Shown: positions 52,649 to 64,000 of the stretch, piece by piece
Numbering within the stretch: position 1 is the stretch's first letter
Layout: each line of letters begins with the position of its first letter
NCBI RefSeq assembly: GCF_021869535.1
Contig: NW_026262604.1
Coordinates: forward strand, 3,596,001 to 3,660,000
Direction of reading: 5' to 3'
DNA: 64,000 nucleotides
DNA from: Mytilus californianus
Lineage: Eukaryota
Program-made: the position numbers and the translations under genes
The notes under the pieces: generated by a model
The model's database searches: none
Told to the model about the DNA's origin: nothing
What the model saw: the letters and a program-made list of their open reading frames with translations, nothing else

Positions 52649-54686
52649 GTGTTTTTCAAAACTTGATTTACGAATATTCAGGATATTGTATTTTTGCTGT
52701 GTCTGTCTATCTATCATACTATAGTAGTTATCCAATCAAAAAGCGACATTATGTTAACAAATTGGCAATTGAATGCAAGAACACATAGAAGAAGTATTTC
52801 AGTGATTATGGTCATGTTGGCATTTTTGTTAATTTTGCCTTTCTTATTATTTCTGCTTTTCACAGTTTATACCTACCCAAATCAAATGCAAAAACACGAC
52901 AATTAGTCAAAAATTGAGGGCTATAAACCATATATATCTGCATTGATGTAGATTGTATATTGCTGATCAGTTTCTATATATCTAATATAGATTTTTTAGA
53001 AACACAAACATTTGTTAATATATAAATCATATGTAAAGGTTAATTACTCTTATGCGTCTTGTACACGACAGGTGGGGCAGGATCTGCGTGCCCTTCTTGA
53101 GCATATGAGACCCCCTAGATTTGTTTAAAATTGGTTTGTGCTGCTCTTGCTTTGGTTTTAATTGTTGCTCTTTATGCTTTTAATTTTTGAAATGCCTGTG
53201 TTATATTTATACCAGTAGCAGTCTTATTTATCCTTTGCCATGAAAAATGTGTTTCCAATTCAAATGTTCACAGTCGGTCATGTTTCAGGGTTATTATATT
53301 CAATTTACGGATGGTTTATTGAATTGGTGATGTCTAAGGGTAAGAGACAATTACCAATCCGTTATTTCGTGATGGCTTATCACTTGATAAAACTAACGTA
53401 TTTTATAGGAGAAACTCGAGGGGTGTCTCATGTGGAACAGGATCTGCCCACCTTTCCGAAGAACCGGAGAGATTACCCCAAGTTTGTTGGTGGGTTCGTG
53501 TTGCTCAGTCTTCAGTTTTCTTTGTTGCGTTTTGCATACTGTTGTTTGTCCTTTGATAGGCTTTCGCTGTTTGCCATGACGTTGTCAGTTTGTTTTCGAC
53601 TTACGAGTGAATTTCCCTTTGTTATCTTTTGCCTCTCTATTATAATGGTTCCTTTGTATTGATGAAAAAAATTATATACATTTTGTTATAATGATAAATT
53701 TTCTTACCATATATCCTCTTTTATATAAGTAGTATTTCGACCTAATGTGGCTGACATTGGTCCTATGCTTTCATAGAAGATGTTTTAAAACATAATTTCT
53801 GCGACATATGCTTGTCTCAAAAAGGTTTGTTTATAGTTTCATCTTTTTACGTCATGGAACTTGATGATTTATGCTGATAGCCGATCTTTTGTTTGATCTG
53901 TAGGAGTTTATATGAAACATTTCTAGACTCGGTGCAATTTAAAGCGCAACATATCTGCACATATCTAGCTAAAGTTGAAAGAAACCCATCATTTCTTTAA
54001 AGCATTTGTCTGGGATATGCAGGCAATAGTTGCCACTGGGTGTTAAGCCAATAACAATAAATGTTTGCACTTTGAATTTATAAATAACAGTTTATTGACT
54101 AAATTTAAAAATCAATTCAGTGCAAGTGTATTTTAAAAGTTTCCAGTAGGAAGCAGTTCATTTTTACATTTTAATATTTGCCAACTTATTTATAGATCTC
54201 TCTTTGTTTGATAAAAGTTAACCTACAATATTGTCAGTTCAGATTTATTGTACTTAAAGTATGTACTTAAAGTATACTGACGGACTTTAAAAGGCATCAC
54301 ACATTTTTTTTATTTATTTTAAGAGTGTGATATATTACTACTATTCATGATTACCACTTTGCCTTCTGTTTAAAAACATGTAATACCTGACTAACCTGAG
54401 GTTGTTGAACATACCGGGCTATTGAAGTTGCACGACTTTCTTAAAGTGAAATTTGAAACCAATAAATGGTTTATTTAAAGTTTTTTGTTTCTTCGTGAAA
54501 CAAATTTTTCAATCCTTACCCACACTTAAATCAGTAAAATAATGTTACATTTCCATATTGCCGAGGCTGAACAATTAAAATCTGAGTTAGGCCATACAAA
54601 TATTGCAGGACGGAATATGCTAAGGTGCTATTGCTAGACAATTTCATGTCAGAAACTCCTCTTACTGTCCTTACAAAAAACCGTTA

Positions 54687-55274
54687 GGGTTCCACGGAAC
54701 CCAGTGTCTCGCCTAATTCTGCTGTTAGTCGCAGGCTCAACACAAATGGGGAAAAAAATTAAAAATTTTCCTCTTGAAACTATCTTTTGATTGTAAGAAG
54801 CTTCTGTTCAAGTTTGTTAAAAATCCAGGATGGTTTATGAATCTAATAAATGTTTTTAAATACTTTAACTGCTGACTGAATGTAATGTTAACTGGCAGCA
54901 AAACTAAGTCCATTTATAAGTAATATACGGAAAACAGGAATAAATTTTTACAAAATTTCCTTCTAGATACTAGCTTTGGATCCTAAACAAGCTTCTGTCC
55001 AAGTTTGATAAAAATCCAGGATAGTTTAAGAAAGTTATATAAATTTTTAAAACTTTAACCACAGAGTGTACGTAATGTTAACTGGCAGAAAAAACTAAGT
55101 CCATTTATAAGTAAAATACGGATAAACAGGATTTTTGTTTACAAATTTTACTTCTGGATACTATCTTATGGTCATAAACAAGCTTCTGTCCAAGTTTGGT
55201 AGAAATCCAGGATAGTTTAAGAAAGTTATTTAAATTTCAAAAACTTTAACAACAGACTGAATATTTGTGGACGC

Positions 55275-55308
<34 letters not shown>

Positions 55309-55362
55309 AGAATGTAGGATCGCTATGTTTCGCTTTTGCGACAAAAGTCGCAGGCTCGACAA
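54687..55362 (-). mobile_element. HINE/DINE-1-like element with internal 191-bp tandem repeats
   Basis: Terminal palindrome GGGTTCC-AC-GGAACCC; repeat anchor aagcttctg at 54798, 54989 and 55180; (GCC)n(GAC)n microsatellite at ~55272-55308; hairpin GCGAC-AAAA-GTCGC near the other end. Confidence 0.75.
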
Positions 55363-56023
55363 CAACAGTACAGGCAGACGGGATTGGTTTATGACAAGTC
55401 ATGACCCGATCAATATGGATCGACAACTCCATGTCAAGAAAATTTGGTTACGCAACGTCAATTGTGAGACACGGCTACTGCTTATGAAGGGCCAAATGCC
55501 ATTGAAGACATATTAAAGTCATAAATGTTTCCCAAATATTAGTACTTAAATGCCAAAGAATCGACTGAAAATAAACATTAAACGCACTCAAGTTTAAATC
55601 GCATAATTGTCAAAGCACACTGTAATGGGTGGGACAGAGGCAAAATCAGAAATTTCAAAACAGAACCATTAACATGCCCAACATAACTGGTTGACCTATC
55701 TGTCAATCATCGAGGCATCGGTTAAAGGCAGTCATGGCCTTCGACAGTCACGCATCCTTTGATAAGGGGGAAACTAGGGTTTCAGTGTATACCACATGAT
55801 GTCAACACTAAACATAACGTAATCAATTCAACATTCTAACTGCATATATGGTCATTTTTATAAATTTACTGTTTGCAAAAGTATGAATTATTCGAAATAC
55901 TAAGGATTTTCTTATCCCAGGCATAGATTATCTTAGCCGTATTTGGCACAACTTATTGGAATTTTGGATCCTCAATGCTCTTCAACTTTATACTTGTTTG
56001 GCTTTTTAACTATTTTGATCAGA

Positions 56024-56061
56024 GCATCACTGATGAGTCTTATTTAGACGAAACGCGCGTA
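56024..56061 (+). ncRNA. Hammerhead ribozyme copy lacking the 3' strand of stem I (likely inactive)
   Basis: GCATCA-CTGATGA-GTC-TTATTTA-GAC-GAAA-CGCGCGT followed by a 7-nt deletion (CTGGCGT) relative to the 56888 copy. Confidence 0.8.
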
Positions 56062-56272
56062 TCAAATTATAAGCCTGGTACCTTTGATAACTATTTACAC
56101 CACTGGGTCGATGCCACTGCTGGTGGACGTTTTGTCCCCGAGGTATCACCAGCCCAGTAGTCAGCACTTCGGTGTTGACATGAATATCAATTATATGGTA
56201 AGTTTTAGAAATTTACTGTTTGCAAAAATATGAATTATTCGAAATAATACGGATTTTCTTATCCCAGGCATA

Positions 56273-56787
56273 TTGTTACTTTAATTATTCTTCCCTTAGT
56301 TTATTTATTTTGTATTTACATTGTATCATAGATCAAATTTATTTGTTCAGTGTATGTTCACTGGTGTTATTATGTCTTTTGATTGAGTTAAGCCATTTCA
56401 ATTGATATTTTATAGTGTGTCTTTCTATGTTGTGATGTTACACTATTGTTTCAGATAAGGGTGAAGGTTTGGTACCATTAAAACGTTTAAATCCACTGCA
56501 ATTGCTTGCACCTGTCCTAAGTCAGGAATCTGATGTTCAGTAGTTGTCGTTTGTTGATGTGGTTCATAAGTGTTTCTCGTTTCTCGTTTTTTATATAGAT
56601 TAGACCGTTGGTTTTCCCGTTTGAATGGTTTTACACTAGTAATTTTTGGGGCCCTTTATAGCTTGCAGTTCGGTGTTAGCCAAGGCTCCGTGTTGAAGAC
56701 CGTACTTTGACCTATAATGGTTTACTTTTATAAATTTTGACTTGGATGGAGAGTTGTCTACACTCATACCACATCTTCTTATATCTA
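56273..56787 (+). mobile_element. Abundant interspersed repeat (HINE/MITE-like, ending ccacatcttcttatatcta) inserted into the retrozyme
   Basis: Splits the retrozyme sequence ggcata|gattacc, with a possible TA duplication. Partial copies of the family at ~6796-6965, 7560-7640, 36175-36432, 39750-39845 and 49582-49770. Confidence 0.75.
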
Positions 56788-56887
56788 TAGATTACCTTAG
56801 CCGTTTTTGGCACAACGTTTTGGAATTTTGGATCCTCAATGCTCTTCAACTTTATATTTGTTTAGCTTTCTAACTATTTTGGTCTGG

Positions 56888-56931
56888 GCGTCACTGATGA
56901 GTCTTATGCAGACGAAACGCTCGTCTGGCGT
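56888..56931 (+). ncRNA. Type I hammerhead ribozyme, core intact
   Basis: Stem I GCGTCA/TGGCGT; CTGATGA at 56894-56900; stem II GTC/GAC with loop TTATGCA; GAAA at 56914-56917; stem III ACG-CT-CGT; GUC triplet with predicted cleavage after 56925. Confidence 0.88.
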
Positions 56932-58596
56932 ATTAAATTATAAGCATGGTACCTTTGATAACTATTATACATTCAACTAATGAATGAAATTTATGTTTAT
57001 GCATTTATTTTACAAAATTGCATATTTGAAAATATGAATTCAAAAGAATAATCTAGTGTTGCTTTTTTAAAGTCCGTCAGTATACTGCTTCAACCACCTT
57101 GTATTCCTTTTCAAAGAGAGTGAAGTTTTGACAGATGGGTGCATTTGTCTTTCTTCAATTGACATTGTGAAATCTATATTGATTCATGGCTATACACTTA
57201 TGTTTTGATCATATGTTAGTTTTTAGTGTGAGTGGAATTGCTGTGCCATATCTGTTGGTCATAGATTTACTTTTGTCGGCAATTTGTACATTTTCCCTTT
57301 CGCCTTACTGTCTAATATGCTTCTATATCATTGACAGAACCTGATGATATAAGCAAATGACGTTACGTAACAGTGCAGTTAACTATTTAAATTTGTTTTA
57401 TATTCTCAACCATAAGCTTTTTGTACTGTTTGGACAAGATACAGAATGTGAAGTAATTTGACACCATGTAGATAATATTGTTTGTATCTAACTGTATGCG
57501 CCAATCTTGCTGGTTTTTCCCCAGGTATATCCATGCCATATTGAAGTGTTGTATTTGTTCCTTCAAGAAGCATGATAACGACATAGATTGAAATTAGAAC
57601 ACAACTATGTGTAACCTGGTAATCGTCAATGTTGTATGGATTAATATATTCTAATGGGCGAACCCAGGAGGGGGCAAGGAGGTCCAGATCCCCTTATTAC
57701 TGAAAAATAATAAGGTGTTTTGTTCATTTTCTTATTTTGTTATTGCATTCTCCCCAAATGGCAAATAAATATGTTAAGCAGCCAAGCCTCGTTTTAAAAA
57801 TCCTGGATACGTCACTGATAACAGCCTGTTTATTGTGAATTATAGCACGGCAAATTTATCTTTAAAATTATCTGAGTAATAGGTTCTTTCTTTAATGCAT
57901 ACTTGAAAAGTGACCTTGTTAGAAAGTTGCTATTAGATTATATCAGTTGAAGGCAGCAATTATGGAAAATCATTAATCGGAATAGAATAAACAAGTATAA
58001 AGCTCGCACTGTCGCAATTACAAGTATGCTTAGAGGTAAAAATAAACGTCAAAATTTTATGGATTGATATATGCTTATGGGCGGACACAGGAGGGCCTAG
58101 GGAGACACGTCTCCTTATTGCAGAAGAATAATGCGGTTTTGTTCATTGCCTGATTTTGGTATTGCATCCTCCCTTAACTGTAAATATTTCCCAAAAAATC
58201 TTCCAAGAAAACATACTCGTAATTCTAATGCAATTATTGTGTGGTTCTGATTGGATGACAGTAAGCGTAAAATTCTCTATCTCCTTGTCTGTAACTAAGG
58301 AAGCCGACATTTTGAATTGTTGAATGTATTGACATGTAATTTTTACAATAATAAGCAAAAACAAACTCACACGTTGGACCTAGAAATCTTCTTTTTATCA
58401 AATTTTATTACATTCTGAAGCCGCCAAGAAGCTAGAAAACGCCCGGTGTTTACGTTTAACGCCGGAAGCATACCTATGACGTCGCCTAGTTTAGGGGCCA
58501 AAGAAGATAACATCTTTTCGCGGAATTTTCTTTAATGAGAATTTTACACTGAAATAATGATTGAAATTGAATTATGAACTTGTTTTGCATTAGAAT

Positions 58597-58764
58597 AGAG
58601 ATAACTGTATTGTATTTGAAGCTTTGCAGACGTCCATCGGTAGTTTTACTGTCGTAAATACCTGTTTACCTGTATCCGCTACGTGTCGCCCGGTAGACTA
58701 AATTTGCGACAGTAAAACTACCGATAGACGTCCGCAAAGCTTCAAATACAATACAGTTATCTCT
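58597..58764. mobile_element. 168-bp foldback MITE
   Basis: 63-bp arms (58597-58659 and 58702-58764) with 3 mismatches around a 42-bp spacer. Confidence 0.85.
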
Positions 58765-59920
58765 TAAGTCTTGAACATTTCAGAATAGAATAATCATGTA
58801 TAAAGATCACACTTTCAAATCCCAGAATGCTTCGAGGGATAGATAAACATGTACTTTTATTGCTATTTTTTTACCTGTATACGATTCATAGTTTGCTACA
58901 TTCCCCAAAACAATAGCAAGGGATATTCAAGTTAACATCTGCAAACCATTTGTTTAAGATACTTGGATGGATGGAAATACAAAGCAATCACTATACGTGA
59001 CTCTCAAAATTTGTTCCAGGAACATCAAAACTTGGGAGGATAATTTAAAAACTTATTTAACCCCAACTTATTAATGTGCTTGTTTTAATTAAGGAACTAT
59101 GCTGCTGGTCGTCCTTTTATACTTGTATGTTTTTTTTTCTTCTTTAAAATATAGGGTGTTGATTGAAGATCTTTGGTAGAAAATAGATATTACCTCTGTT
59201 CATTTTTCTGCATTTGAGAGTTCGACAAAATAAGACTGGTATATTGACTTTATAAGTTGTTGACATACTCTCACGTTAGTTTAAGATATTCAAAAAAGAC
59301 AAAGAAGAAATAAAAACAAACAATAAGCCTGGCAATGGTTTTATTATCACAGATTTACCATGGAATGTCATACTAGTACAAAATATTTATTGCCCAATTG
59401 GTTTGTTATTTGTTCCTGATGAACATAAGGAACATAAATAAATCATAATTATTTTACTGCAAATATAACATTTTCATGTGTAGGAAGGATCCCATACATA
59501 ACATTTTCTATTCACTGATATTTTTTATATAGAATATAGGTTGGTAGAGTTCGTTATCCTGTTCTCCTAAGATGACCAATTCTCATCTTATTATTAAAAT
59601 TAAATCAAATTGTGTCAAAAGCCTAGATCATGTTTAAATTCATAAATAAATAACTTGAGAAAATTAGTTTATATTTGTTGACTATCTTGAAATTTAGAAT
59701 GATGCACAAAATTTTAAATTCTGTAAAACAAAACTAATAATGACATTTTCTATACATGAATTTGTTTATCCAAAAATTTCTATTTTTATTTTCAAAGGAA
59801 ATTACATATGGAAGCTGCCATTATAAAATTGATTGTTTGTTTGTTTGTTTGTCTTTTTTAAATAAAAAAACACACTAAAAACATCACTAAACTATTTTGG
59901 CATAATCATTCAGTTAATGG

Positions 59921-60182
59921 GGGGCCTCGGTGGCCGAGTGGTCTAAGTAGTTACTACTGTAATCACTAGCCAGTCAACACTGAGGTTGTGAGTTCGAACC
60001 CCGCTCGTGCGGGTGCACTCGACTCCAATCTTAATTGACTAGGATTGTCAGTTTTCCTATCGAAGGTCGGTGGTTTTCTCCGGGCACTCCGGCTTCCTCC
60101 ACCAATAAAAACTGGCCGCCACGAAATAGCCCAAAAGCGGTGCTTAAAAGTGGCGTTAAAACACCAAAAATCAAATCAATCA
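59921..60182 (+). mobile_element. Full-length tRNA-derived SINE with a V-domain-like core
   Basis: A box TGGCCGAGTGG, B box GTTCGAACCC, core GGTGGTTTTCTCCGGGCACTCCGGCTTCCTCCACC, (AAATC)n-type tail. Perfect 17-bp TSD AATCATTCAGTTAATGG at 59904-59920 and 60183-60199. Confidence 0.9.
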
Positions 60183-61851
60183 AATCATTCAGTTAATGGA
60201 AAAATCTATGGTTTTGACAAGATAGTCGTTTTGGTTTCTCTCAGCCTATTCTAGGTAAAACATCTTATAAATTTTGTTCAGTCAACATCCTATATTCAAG
60301 TCATATTGCAACATCTACAGTGAGTTGTTAGTACATCTAACATCAGTATCTAAATCCCTAATACTGACAAATCATTTATATACAAGTTCAGGCTATTCCA
60401 TTCAAAGTGGAAGAGTAGGAAAGGAAAAAATCAAAGTAAGAATATTGTTTAAAGGGTTTCTGAAAATCCCTTCCTAACCCCAATTTAAATAGAATAGCCC
60501 TTATATACTATACTAAATTAAGCCAATATACAGCAATACAGTGACCTACAATTTAAATATTACAAAATCATGTGACCTACTTAAATCTATGATTTGAACA
60601 ATAAAAAAATCAGGTGACTTTAATATAATATGCCACTACTATTAGAAATGAAACATGCAATTCTAATTTTATTTTATCAAAAACTGTCTTTAAAAAATCA
60701 GAGAAAAGCATGAACTAGTCGACTGAACAAAAGTACTGGAATTGACTGTATATTGTATATGTTTACAATAAACACTTGTATAAATGCAATATACAGGATT
60801 AATAAACAGACTAGACATAACAGTATTTTATACTGATTTCAAGAGACAAGATAACTAAAGTCATCTTGCATACAGTGATGAAATATTAGTTACAGCTTTA
60901 TCACAAAATTTGGTATATAGTTATTAATCTATTAGTTATAGCTATTCCACAACATCTGGTTTATAGTAATGAATTATTAGTTCTAGCTATTCAACAAAAT
61001 CTGCTATACATATAGTAATGAAAGACAAGTTAAAAGGGTTAAAGTACTGAAGTTACCAAAATTCGGAAATCAAGATAAATTCAAAATTTTGTAAGGAATA
61101 TCAGCGGGCAAAAAATGTCAAGGTTAGAAATCCAGCAAATTCCTGAAAAATTTCATGCATGAAGTTACAGCTATCCCACAAAACATACATCTGTAGAGGT
61201 TGCCAAGCATACATATATATTGACACTGAAACAATTGCCTCATGTATAAGTAGTTGAAATGTGAAAATCTTGACTAACCTTAATACCTATGGACACACAC
61301 TATCACAAAACTTGGAAGTCAAGTGCAATCCATTTACACAAACGGTAATGTTTTTTTCTAAATATAGGCCAAATTTTTTACTGTTTAAATATCATAGATA
61401 AAACTTATACTGGTTTAAAGGTCCAGTTTAAAACAACTGTTTGAGGATTTGGTGACAAGTTTATGAGTTAGTTATTATCGGTGGGAAATAATGTACAAAA
61501 GTATAAAAATAGATATTATAAAGGTGTCAAGTTTAAAAAGGAACTCATCTGCAATCAGGTGAGCTGCGTAGGATAGAAATTGACCTTATGCAAATGAATA
61601 TCAATACATCTGTTTTGTTATTTCGGGTTGAAAATATCTCTATGCAAAGTCTAACTGTTTGAAAATGAATTTGAAACAAGAAACCCTACAAAACAGACCA
61701 AAACTTATCTTTTACTTCATATTTGAATGTTCCAAAATCAATCAAAGACTTATACATGTACATGTATATGTGTACTTGCATAAGGTTGATTTCTATCTGA
61801 GGCAGCTCAGATGATAATTTTCTTAGGGAATAAGTTGAGGTATTTCTTCAC

Positions 61852-62248
61852 CATACCTGCCAACACACCAGTTCTAAGTAGAAGACTCCCCCTTTTTTTC
61901 CTTAAAGAATTTCAAATTTCCCGTATTGGATTTGTCACAGGGGAGGAAACAAATCTTCCCTCTGTGTCAAAAAAAATCAACGTTTATCATTTCACTTCTT
62001 TTGATATTAATTTCTTTGGTTCATTTACACTGCAAAAACAATTTTTTCCCCAGACATTTAATGGTATCAAGACTTATTTTTTACTTATAAAACCCAGGTA
62101 TAGAAAAAACAATTTTATCTTTTTGTGCTTTATGATTATCTTTATACAAAATTTAAAATGAAAGAGGTGTTCATGCATATTCTCCCTCTCAGTGGACCTG
62201 GAAAGAGGTGATATCCTCCTCTATAGCCTCAAGAGGTTGGCAGGTATG
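61852..62248. mobile_element. MITE with a 13-bp TIR
   Basis: CATACCTGCCAAC ... GTTGGCAGGTATG, perfect. Confidence 0.7.
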
Positions 62249-62514
62249 CTATATATAGCTAAAACTGAATATTAGTTCTGATGGTTCGCTTCAGGCTAAC
62301 AAGCTCTAAAAATGTAGTATTCATCAAAACAAAATTTTTGGCAATTTCAATGCATGTTCTCCATTGATAGTGGTTATGAAGAGATTTGCAAAATGAAACA
62401 ATAGAACTGGAGAGCTGTGATAAAGTTTGTTAGTCTTTTAACATTATTCTATTAAGCAAGAGAAAAAAAAATATTAGCCTGATTGGCATTATTAACAAAA
62501 ATGGTGAGCTTGTT

Positions 62515-62566
62515 AATCTCTAAACCATCTATAATCTCTAAACCATCTATAATCTCTAAACCATCT
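62515..62566 (+). repeat. 18-bp minisatellite x~3
   Basis: aatctctaaaccatctat repeated. Confidence 0.85.
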
Positions 62567-64000
62567 CAACTGATGTACACATGTATCACAGTGCCTCAAG
62601 TAAAAAATTCCATCAAACATCAAAAAAGTTTGATATAAAAAAGTAACAAGGTAAAAAACTTGCATCTAAGAGGTACAAGAACTGCTCACAACCATGAATT
62701 CTGATCACATTTAGCAGTTTATCGTTGATTTTACACATTAGTATGAAATACTCTAATTTTTTGTATCACCTGTTCCTGAGAATTCAGAAATTAATCGTTT
62801 CCAACCAAATCATGATTATTTGAAACCAAATTTTTTTGTCGGTTTCAGCTTTATTATGGCATTTGCCCTTTCAGTCATCTTCGGAAAATTTGCATACACA
62901 TGCGTTTATTTCCAAACTAACAGTAGTTAGAGAGTATCATAATGTCAAACTTTTAAGTAATATCTCTGAATTATTTTATAGTCAGGAATGGATAAATTAT
63001 TGTCAACAGGAAAAAATACACTGGAAAAAATGATAACAAATCTGGCAACAATGGAAATCAGGTGGCTTAAAACTTCTCAAACATGGAATATTTTGTCCTA
63101 ATAGAGACATAAGTATTTTGACCAAATTATTATGCTATGTTTTTAATCAGCACTATTTTAAACTTTAAAAATTCATTGAACATCAATGTATCTCTTTTTG
63201 ATAAACAGAGTAACTTCCCTTTCATAGAATTTTTTCCCTTTCCCTTGCAATATAATAAAACTACAAAATGCACTTTTCTGCATGAGTAATGATTTTTGTG
63301 CATGATGAAGTATGATATATAATACTGATTTAATGCATTATATCATTTTTATAAAACCTCAGCATGCAAGAGACAAAATCTTCAAAAAGGGGAGATAACC
63401 TGTATATGTTTGAAATTAAGGGAATGGAATTCAACAAAATAATAAAGTGTGAGACAGAAATAGCGAGACATACCTTTCATGAAAACAATCCCTTCATTTT
63501 GACTTCTCATTACAAATAAACTTGGTATAAAACAGTAAAAAAAATATATAACAAATCTGCATTACTTTTTATGAAAGGTAAAAAGATTTAATATTTAGTA
63601 GAAAAAATGAAAATATGTTACCTGTTTTGAAGACTTGAATGAAAGAACTCTAGCTAAACACTACTCTAACTTTCATCCATTTTGATTTATACTGTTGGCC
63701 TATTACCTTAAGTTTCATTTAATTTGTTATGAATATTAGCAAAAAAATATGGACAATCCAATGAGACAAAACGCACACTGTACATAAACCAAAAGACATA
63801 GTCTTAAACAATACACAAGCATCTTCAGAATATTAAAATTTTAAAAAAGATAGTTTGCAAATCTTAATAGTTGATGGATTTGAGCTTTTTTTCTCACAAT
63901 TACTTTATTGCATCTTTCTAAAAGTATTTTTGGCAATACAATTTACTACAAACATTTAGTGTCTTTTAACTTCCTCAGATACTTAAAAGTATGATCAAAC

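Larger units (their letters stand above)
55845..56966 (+). mobile_element. Non-LTR retrozyme, ~1.7 tandem units of a 354-nt monomer, interrupted by a 517-bp insertion
   Basis: A direct repeat (tatatgg...aaatttactgtttgcaaaa...atcccaggcata) recurs at 55845 and 56192. Hammerhead cores start at 56030 and 56894. Spacing after removing the insertion is 347 nt across the 7-nt-deleted copy and 354 nt across the intact copy. Confidence 0.85.

Noticed and set aside
55226-55516. ORFs with poly-Arg or poly-Pro/Thr
   Set aside because: Produced by the (GCC)n(GAC)n microsatellite of the HINE-like element.
55975-56160. 61-aa ORF across the retrozyme
   Set aside because: Retrozymes are non-coding; the frame depends on the 7-nt deletion and is not kept in the second unit.
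55845-56966. CRISPR-like repeat-spacer reading of this or other repeats
   Set aside because: Eukaryotic context; the units are long direct repeats without unique spacers, and there are no cas genes.
61000-61600. Possible decayed LINE RT on the minus strand (VKNLAYI*KK...)
   Set aside because: Similarity is too patchy to support by eye.
62191-62248. Apparent plus-strand exon ctctcag|TGGACC...GGCAG|gtatgc
   Set aside because: The donor is the MITE TIR GTTGGCAGGTATG; no partner exons were found.

Overview
AT-rich eukaryotic (animal) genomic DNA, most likely a bivalve of the Mytilus mussel type. The taxon is inferred from the repeat families and hammerhead retrozymes and was not verified by a search. 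The main content is two tandem, minus-strand, 9-coding-exon paralogous genes (A: 23073-35789, 682 aa; B: 40808-50942, 650 aa), assembled by hand from splice sites. Both encode dynamin-superfamily GTPases of the bacterial-dynamin-like/mitofusin-like type: G1 GETSAGK(S/T), G3 DTPG, atypical G4 TNQWD, a helical stalk and a late hydrophobic membrane segment. The rest is repeat-rich. It holds a ~1.7-mer of a 354-nt retrozyme with one core-intact type I hammerhead ribozyme (56888-56931), several other intact, decayed or disrupted hammerheads of two subfamilies, a tRNA-Gly(GCC), a tRNA-Glu body with a TTT anticodon, a full-length tRNA-SINE with a perfect 17-bp TSD, TTAA-flanked and other MITEs, HINE-like elements with 191-bp internal repeats, three long hairpins and a 159-N assembly gap. 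Most short ORFs in the supplied track are non-coding; those overlapping gene exons have spurious intronic starts.
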